DNA from: a bacterium
GTDB lineage: Bacteria; Patescibacteriota; Gracilibacteria; Peribacterales; Peribacteraceae
Reading direction: 5' to 3'
DNA: 64,000 nt
Assembly: GCA_027623015.1 (NCBI GenBank)
Contig: JAQBVR010000003.1
Location: 2,197-66,196, forward strand
This document shows, in pieces, positions 57,615-64,000 of this stretch (position 1 is its first letter; the number at the start of each line of letters is the position of its first letter). The translations under genes and the position numbers were made by a program. The notes under the pieces were generated by a model. The model searched no databases. It saw nothing but the letters and a program-made list of their open reading frames with translations, and had not been told where the DNA came from.

Positions 57615-59246
57615 TTACAGCCCTGGACACTCCTTAGCAATTGCAGGATCTAAGTCTGCTTGGCCGTATTCTTTCTGGAAGTGAGCGGCAAATTGCTTCG
57701 CTAGTGTGTCTGCTGCTTCGTCGTAGGATGCTGCATCTGTCCAGGTATTGCGTGTCTGGAGGATGGAGTCATCGACGCTAGGGCAAGATGTTGGAATATC
57801 GAGGTGGAAGCGAGCATCGTGAGTGTACTCGACATCTACGATAGATCCATCCAAAGCTGCTGCAGTGACCGCACGAGTGATGGAGATGTCCATACGCTCT
57901 CCTGTACCGTATGCGCCGCCAGACCATCCAGTGTTTACGAGGTAGACTTGTGTGCCGTGGCTTTCCATCTTCTCTTTGAGCAAGGCTGCATACTTTGCTG
58001 GTGGGCAGGGCATAAACGGTGCACCAAAGAAACGAGAGAATGCTGCCTTAGGTGCTGTGATGCCTTGCTCAGTTCCTGCAAGTTTGCTGGTGTAGCCCAT
58101 CATGAACCAGAGCATGGCTTGAGAAGGACTCAGCTTTGCGATAGGAGGCAAGATGCCCGCAGCATCTGCAGTGAGAAAGATGATCGTCTTTGGATGTGTG
58201 CCAACTTGTCCTTCTTTGACATTGCTAAGGAAGGTGAGTGGGTAAGACGCACGAGAGTTTTCTGCGATGCGTCCGTCGTTGAGGTCGCAAACACCATTTG
58301 GATAGACCATAGCATTTTCGATGATACTTCCGTGCTGGTCAAATGGGCGTTTTTTGAATACTGCATCAAAGATCTGAGGCTCTTTACTTGGGTCGAGGTT
58401 GATGAGTTTGGCGTAGCAACCGTTTTCGAAGTTGGCGATGCCTTCGTTGCTCCATCCCATCTCGTCATCACCGATGAGTTTACGATCTGGAACATTGGAT
58501 ATCGTTGTCTTTCCTGTACCAGAGAGTCCGAGAAAGAGTGCTGTTGAGCCATCGTTTGCTTCGTTTGCGCTGCAGTGTAGTGGGAGGATCCCGTGTTCTG
58601 GGAGGAGGTAGTTCATGACAGTAAACATCATCTTCTTGATGCATCCACAGTATGAAGAGCCATAGATAAGTCCGATACGGCGGTCGAAGTCCATGGCAAC
58701 GACCTGCTTCTTTCCATATTCTTTGTTGTCGATGTAATCATGTGGGACACAGATGATCGTAAATCCAGCATCTGCAAAGATGCTATCGCTGATGTTGTCT
58801 GGCAGTGCGCGGAACATGTTGTCTGCGAAGAGCGTTGAGAGTGCATTGTCTGTGATGAGCTTTGTTGGCATAGCGTAGTCTGCATCTGCTCCAATACATC
58901 GATCCAATTCGTATATCCTTTCTTTATTCCTTAGCACTGCAAGAGCATCGCCTAATAGTGAATCGAACAATGCAGGAGTCATGGCTATGCACGCAGCTGC
59001 AGTCCAGTCGATGGTATCTGCTGTTTCTTCGTGTCGCACCATGTATGTTTCATTTGGGATACGACCAGTTGAGTGTGCAGGGTTCCACGTCGCAAGTGCT
59101 CCAGACTCTGCGATGATGGCATTTCTATGCTCAACAGATTGTGTGATGAGTGACGCACGGTCTAGGTTGGACCGAACATCGTGGTGGCTAGAAAGAAGGG
59201 ACTGCATGCTAGTTGTGTGCGCTTGTGACTGGAGTGTTGTGCTCAT
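57615..59246 (-). CDS. pckA: phosphoenolpyruvate carboxykinase (ATP)
   Basis: TGR, LHCSAN, GLSGTGKTT, IGDDE, NFENGCYAK, ENSRASYP, GYTSKLAGTE. Confidence 0.95.
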   Translation of the reverse strand: MSTTLQSQAHTTSMQSLLSSHHDVRSNLDRASLITQSVEHRNAIIAESGALATWNPAHSTGRIPNETYMVRHEETADTIDWTAAACIAMTPALFDSLLGDALAVLRNKERIYELDRCIGADADYAMPTKLITDNALSTLFADNMFRALPDNISDSIFADAGFTIICVPHDYIDNKEYGKKQVVAMDFDRRIGLIYGSSYCGCIKKMMFTVMNYLLPEHGILPLHCSANEANDGSTALFLGLSGTGKTTISNVPDRKLIGDDEMGWSNEGIANFENGCYAKLINLDPSKEPQIFDAVFKKRPFDQHGSIIENAMVYPNGVCDLNDGRIAENSRASYPLTFLSNVKEGQVGTHPKTIIFLTADAAGILPPIAKLSPSQAMLWFMMGYTSKLAGTEQGITAPKAAFSRFFGAPFMPCPPAKYAALLKEKMESHGTQVYLVNTGWSGGAYGTGERMDISITRAVTAAALDGSIVDVEYTHDARFHLDIPTSCPSVDDSILQTRNTWTDAASYDEAADTLAKQFAAHFQKEYGQADLDPAIAKECPGL

Positions 59247-60603
59247 GATTTGTAGAATTGGAAGAAAGTGAGGAGCAAGTGGTGTAGATATTTTCAAAAA
59301 GAGAAGGGATCAATTTAGTTGGAAGAGAGGAGTAGGCGATGCGAAGCTTGTTTCCTGTGGCTATCACTCCTGTGTCGTGTTGCTCAAGTAAGGTTTTGCG
59401 GACCTCTTCAGCATCGAGAGCATCGTTGAGCTGTACGCACATAAAGTAGCCTGAGTTGAAGGGGAGTGGCGTGAAGAATTCTGCGTATTTGGCTTCATCT
59501 AGCACTTCTTTCACGATCTTATAGCGCTTTTTTAGAAGCGTGTACTGCGTGAGCTTTTCTTCGTTGTAGCTTGGAGACTTGTATGTTTCGAGTAGGAGGC
59601 TCTGTGAGAGATGGCAGGCGTTTGAGATCGTAGAACGTACGGCTCCAGCGATTTTTGATGCAAATGCATCTGCACACTTCGTAGTCATACCTTTTGCTGC
59701 AACAGTGCAAAATCCGATGCGATGACCCCAGACGTAGTCTTCCTTTGTCGCTCCATCGACTTTCACAGCTAGTACGTTCTCATGAAGAGTGGCCAGTGGT
59801 GCAAAGATAGACTCGGTATAGACACCATCTTCATAGACGAGTCCGAAGTATGCATCATCGATGATGATAACAAGATGATCTCCCGCTTCTGCACGCTCTT
59901 TGATGATGTTGAGTATTTTTTCTACTTCTGCATTCGTTGGTGTGTAGCCCGTAGGGTTGTTTGGGAAGTTGAGTAATAGCACTTTCTTTCCTGTGTCTTG
60001 TGAGAGTATGTCTCGGAGACTCTCCGTATCAAATCCGCCATCCGTAAATGTATTGAAGGTCTGCAGCTCAGTTCCATAGACGGTATTGAACATCAGGTTG
60101 TAGTTTCCCCAGAAGAGATCTGGAAGGATGAGATTTTCGCCTGGATCAAGAAAGAGATATGCAGCCATGCTCAGACTGTGAGTGAGTCCATTGGTTACAA
60201 CTGGCATGCTAGTTTCACCTTCGAGGCTAGGGTTCTTTTCGTGGATCATCTCTGCCCATTTTTCACGGAGTGGTTGTTTGCCATAGCTCGATGCGTAAGG
60301 GTACACAGCGCTTGGATCCATGTTGATGAGGTGATCCATGGAGGGGAGTCGCATGGGAGTGTTGTCATCATCTAGTGCTATGCCGATCGTTGCATTGAAC
60401 TTCTTTCCCTTTGCCTCTGCGGTTTGCCCGAGTATGCCACCGCTAGGAAAAAAGACATTTTTTCCACGTACAGACAGAAGCTCGAATAACCTTGGATTGT
60501 CCGCAGTTATTTCGTCGTTGAGTTTTTGTGCAAGAGGGTGCAGATTTGATAGTGGAAGTAGATTAAGTACAGGCAGAATAGTGGCAAATTTAGAGGTCGG
60601 CAA
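59209..60603 (-). CDS. class I/II PLP aminotransferase (aspartate aminotransferase-like)
   Basis: NATIG, NFPNNPTGY, DDAY, KVDGATKE..WGHRIGF, SGYF; start uncertain. Confidence 0.88.
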   Translation of the reverse strand: MPTSKFATILPVLNLLPLSNLHPLAQKLNDEITADNPRLFELLSVRGKNVFFPSGGILGQTAEAKGKKFNATIGIALDDDNTPMRLPSMDHLINMDPSAVYPYASSYGKQPLREKWAEMIHEKNPSLEGETSMPVVTNGLTHSLSMAAYLFLDPGENLILPDLFWGNYNLMFNTVYGTELQTFNTFTDGGFDTESLRDILSQDTGKKVLLLNFPNNPTGYTPTNAEVEKILNIIKERAEAGDHLVIIIDDAYFGLVYEDGVYTESIFAPLATLHENVLAVKVDGATKEDYVWGHRIGFCTVAAKGMTTKCADAFASKIAGAVRSTISNACHLSQSLLLETYKSPSYNEEKLTQYTLLKKRYKIVKEVLDEAKYAEFFTPLPFNSGYFMCVQLNDALDAEEVRKTLLEQHDTGVIATGNKLRIAYSSLPTKLIPSLFENIYTTCSSLSSNSTNHEHNTPVTSAHN

Positions 60604-60699
60604 CTTAGTGATGTTCTATCTGATGCTAGGTATAGAATCAGTCTATTCTAAGCGCAAAGATTAGTGTTTATGAAGTGATATTTCTTGCAGAAGCCTTCA

Positions 60700-60923
60700 T
60701 TCTTTTCTGAAACATCAGTACTTCGTCGAGCTCAGCAGAAACAAAAGAATGTTCGTCATCTGTGTTCTCACTCGGAGTTATTTGCTAGTGATGTTATGTG
60801 CGCTCTATCGACCAAGCTGACCTGCGGGTCACTTGGCACTCCTCGCTAGATGATCCTCCTATCGTAACTCCTCGTTCAGACAAGGGACAGATGACAAGAG
60901 AAGCAGCGTTGCGGCACTGCCTT
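60700..60923 (+). repeat. copy C of the ~200-nt dispersed structured element
   Basis: Outer stem GTCATCTGT/ACAGATGAC; inner CCAAG-C-TGACC-TGCG-GGTCA-CTTGG; CGTTCAGACAAGGG. Confidence 0.85.
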
Positions 60924-60926
60924 ACT

Positions 60927-63542
60927 TTAGCGCAGTAGAGGATCTATAGAAGTCATGTATGCGCGGATGCGAACGTCGTTACTAAAGCGCATGGTTCGAA
61001 CGACGAGAGCGGAGAGCTCTGTTCGAAGCATCGGTTGATCTGGTCTGTAGTTCTCTGTTTTTTGAATAATGTTATTCCCAACTGCAAAGCTGACATAGGG
61101 GTGATACCATTCGCCGTCTTTGAGATCTTTGAAGGGAAGGGGCTTTGGCTTGTATCCATCGGGGATAGCTTTGGATGCTCGTAGCAGGATCGCTAGTGCC
61201 TCTAGTCGGTTTACCGCTTCATCAGGTCGTACTGTGCCATCATTGTATCCTCGTACGATGTTATGCTCTGCGGCGGTGTAGAATAATCGAGAGAGTTCGC
61301 TGTCATTGTCTTTAGCAAGATCTCTAAATGGGGCAGTGTCGTCGGAGATAATGTCGTTCTTTGGATTGCAGTTTCCAATGAGTGCCATATGGACGATGTC
61401 TTCTCGTGTAGCAGGAAGCTCTGCTGCTACCCCTCTATCGGGGATCATATAGTCCATAGTCGTTCCGAGGAATGTTCGTTGGAGAGCAGACACATATGGT
61501 TGAGCCCAATGGTGATCTGGCAGGCTGATTCGTACCCCTGTGCGATCGAGATTGTATGCGAGACAGGGGACGATGTTTGGGTCACGTTCATTACATGTAC
61601 TCTCTTCTTCTACAATCATCGACCCAACAAGTGGTGTAGGAGTGTATGCGTATTCTTGGCTTCTAAATTCTTGTGAGTCGAGATCTAGCTGTTGCATATA
61701 GCTAAAGACAGCAGGGTTTGGATTTATAGCCATGATGCTTATAAGCATGTTACTCATCTCGCTTCTCGTCATAGTGCCAAAGGGGTCGAAGTCCTGTGAG
61801 ACAATGCGGTTCGCTACTGCGAAGTTCACGTAGTCATCGAACCAGTGTTCTTTTGTGACGAAGCTGTACCCTTCTGGTAGTGCATTTGCAGCACGAAGGA
61901 AGAACGCAAGTGTCTCTGCATTGGATGACTGATCAAATGGTCTCACAGTGCCGTCTTCAAAACCCTTTACAATAGCAAACTCGGATGCTGAGTAGACCAC
62001 TTCTGCAGTAAATGTATCGAGGTCTGACCCTTCGCCATCAAGAACGTCTTTAAAATTTCTACCGGTTTGCGTTGCCCCTGTTTTGATAGGCAGGCAGTTA
62101 CTCAGTAGTGCGAGCTTAATGACTTCTAGTCTTGAGCTTCCTCTGTTTGGCTCGAAAGGAAACTCTCCTTCACGGTACTTTTCTTGTTGCTTTCCAGATG
62201 AGTGGTTTCCGCTCCCACTAACGATAAAGTCACCATGCTCTACGATCTTTGTTTTACGTAGTGCCTCTATTACATTGCGATACGGGTCATCTTCTATATC
62301 TGTAAATGTCACAGGGCGATCGGGATGGAACGAAAAGCATGATGTATTACTGTCTATCGCTAAGGCTAAGCGGTGTTCATCGTCAAGAGGACAGTTGTAC
62401 GCATCGGTATCTGGTCCTCCAAAACCACCAAGTTCGTTACTGAAGGTTAGACTGTTTTCTTGCGTGCCACCTATACCACCTCCGCCACCCGATTCACCAC
62501 CACTATTTCCACCTGAGTCACCTCCCGTTGTTCCTCCGCCACCACCTCCATTTCCACCACCACCTCCAGATGACTCTGGGGGTATGGTTACTGATGCATT
62601 GCTGAGGGTGGCTGAGTCGTTGTTTTCGTTATTATCTCCTTGGGTATCGACGGATGCTGAGAATGTTACCGATGGTAGCGCAGCACTAGTCACAAGTGTA
62701 TTGATCGAAATGCTTGGTAGAGATGCTCCACTCGCTAGTGGTCCTTGGTGTGTACACGTCACCGTTTGGTTTGCTGTGGTACAGGTAAATCCATCTCCAC
62801 TTGCACCGAGGACTATGAGACCAACAGGCACGGGCACAGTCACGGTAATGGTATTGATGGTGGCACCATCGCCTATGTTGCTTACTTGCACACCAAAGGA
62901 TGCATTGCTTCCAACAACAATACTCGACGGTGGAGCAATAGATACCGTCAAATCAGCAAGAGAGTAGAGATAGGTGATAGACACATCGACTCCAGCTATA
63001 GATGTAGATCGTGTTTTTAGATTTCCTGCACCACTAAAGCTTGTCTAAGCTGTTGCAGTGATGGGTAGATCTATAAGTCCGATGCCTGTAAAGAGTATTG
63101 CGTCTATATCACTAAGACTGATATCACGTGTCTCTGGGTCGTCGGAACTAAAGGTGTGGGTATTTTCAGATGTTCCTCCATAATCTACAGATCCGTCGTA
63201 GGCAGTAAAATCATCTCGTCTTTCGAGAGAAGGTGAGTGGGTGAATAGGCGAGAGAGATTTGGTCGCAGTACACTGATGTACGTATTGATACCCGACAGT
63301 ACAGTGGCTTCTTTTACATCGAGACTTTCTACCTCTAGGGTCCAGTCTGTCTTGGATTGCATCGTGATGCGTAGGCCCGTGAGTACTCCACGCTCATTGA
63401 ACTTTGGCAATGTGATGGACCCTGTCCAGTTTGTAGGCTGTTTTGCTATAGATTGACTAGCGGAGAAGAGATTTTCTGCCTCCACGGAGTGGGGGATAAG
63501 AAGCACAATGAGAGCTACTATAATTATATATAGGCGAAGCAT
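60927..63542 (-). pseudogene. surface protein (signal peptide, choice-of-anchor-E-like domain, DUF11-like Ig domain, Gly linker, SLH repeats) interrupted by one in-frame TAG at 63045-63047
   Basis: ORFs 63045-63542 and 60927-62984 share a frame; the 20 codons between them are open: ...LPITATA*TSFSGAGNLKTRSTSIAGVDVSITYLY...; SLH GYNDGTVRP..VNRLEA. Confidence 0.75.
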
Positions 63543-63725
63543 ACGTTTATGGTATCGAAATCACTTCTTTTCACCTATTGATTCTGAACGCTCTGACGTT
63601 GTCATTCTATGTGATTCGTGGTCTAAGCATGAATGTAATAATTATTCGTATTTTGTAAATTACCTGCTCTACTCCTTGGCACTTTAGGCCAGATCACGGT
63701 ATTATCTGGTTCGTCTTTCACATAA

Positions 63726-63800
63726 GCGGGCGTCGTATAATGGTTTTTACCCCAGCCTTCCAAGCTGGTGATGGCGGTTCGATTCCGCTCGCCCGCTCCA
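63726..63800 (+). tRNA. tRNA-Gly (anticodon TCC)
   Basis: GCGGGCG acceptor, CCAGC-CTTCCAA-GCTGG anticodon arm, GGTTCGATTCC, 3' CGCCCGC-TCCA. Confidence 0.95.
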
Positions 63801-63859
63801 AAAAATTGATTTTTAGTAGTTTAATGCTATAATATAAAAAATACATCTGCACAATATTT

Positions 63860-64000
63860 ATGCCTCCTGAAAGACCAATTGCCGATCATAGTGAACGCCA
63901 AAAAAATGCAAAACAGGAATTGGAGCAATTCCTCGAAATAGCAGAACAGTTGAATAAAGCTATCTATCTTGCGAAGGAAGCATACGATGGATTGAAAGGG
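63860..64000 (+). CDS. N-terminal part of a hypothetical protein (runs off window edge)
   Basis: ATG 63860, open to end: MPPERPIADHSERQKNAKQELEQFLEIAEQL... Confidence 0.5.
   Translation, partial: MPPERPIADHSERQKNAKQELEQFLEIAEQLNKAIYLAKEAYDGLKG

Noticed and set aside
62083..62967. 294-aa Pro-rich ORF on the + strand
   Set aside because: Antisense shadow of the Gly-rich linker of the SLH protein
63045..63047. Pyrrolysine codon
   Set aside because: No pyl genes or tRNA-Pyl in the window and the protein is not a methylamine methyltransferase; cannot be supported
1..64000. Alternative genetic code (TGA=Gly or TAG reassigned)
   Set aside because: TGA ends ruvA and the thiolase, TAG ends purP and gyrA at expected lengths; only one internal TAG was found

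Overview
Chromosomal segment of a small-genome bacterium using the standard code (TGA and TAG both end intact conserved genes). The gene content (short HrcA, solo VirD4-like ATPase, SLH proteins, mevalonate cluster, archaeal-type PurP pair) suggests a Patescibacteria/CPR lineage such as Peregrinibacteria/Peribacteria; this is inference. Housekeeping genes include purP x2, tag, trxA, pgi, ruvA, rsmI, gyrA, rpmE, hrcA, glyA, dnaX, dcd, trpS, maf, pdxS/pdxT, pckA, tRNA-Ala(TGC) and tRNA-Gly(TCC). Main leads: (1) an 8-gene mevalonate/undecaprenyl cluster (idi-uppS-mvk-mvaD-HMGR-HMGS-thiolase-DUF35) with no recognisable phosphomevalonate kinase or isopentenyl-phosphate kinase, whose last gene fuses a DUF35 OB-fold to a divergent guanylate-kinase-like domain, a candidate for the missing kinase; (2) a ~200-nt dispersed structured element (3 full copies, 1 degenerate) with compensatory base changes; (3) short palindromic repeats nested inside each other's hairpin loops, plus 7-/9-mer tandem arrays that form inverted pairs and enter ORFs in frame; (4) a surface protein split by one in-frame TAG; (5) -10 boxes 6-9 nt before many start codons, suggesting leaderless mRNAs. 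All assignments come from motif recognition by eye; no database searches were run.
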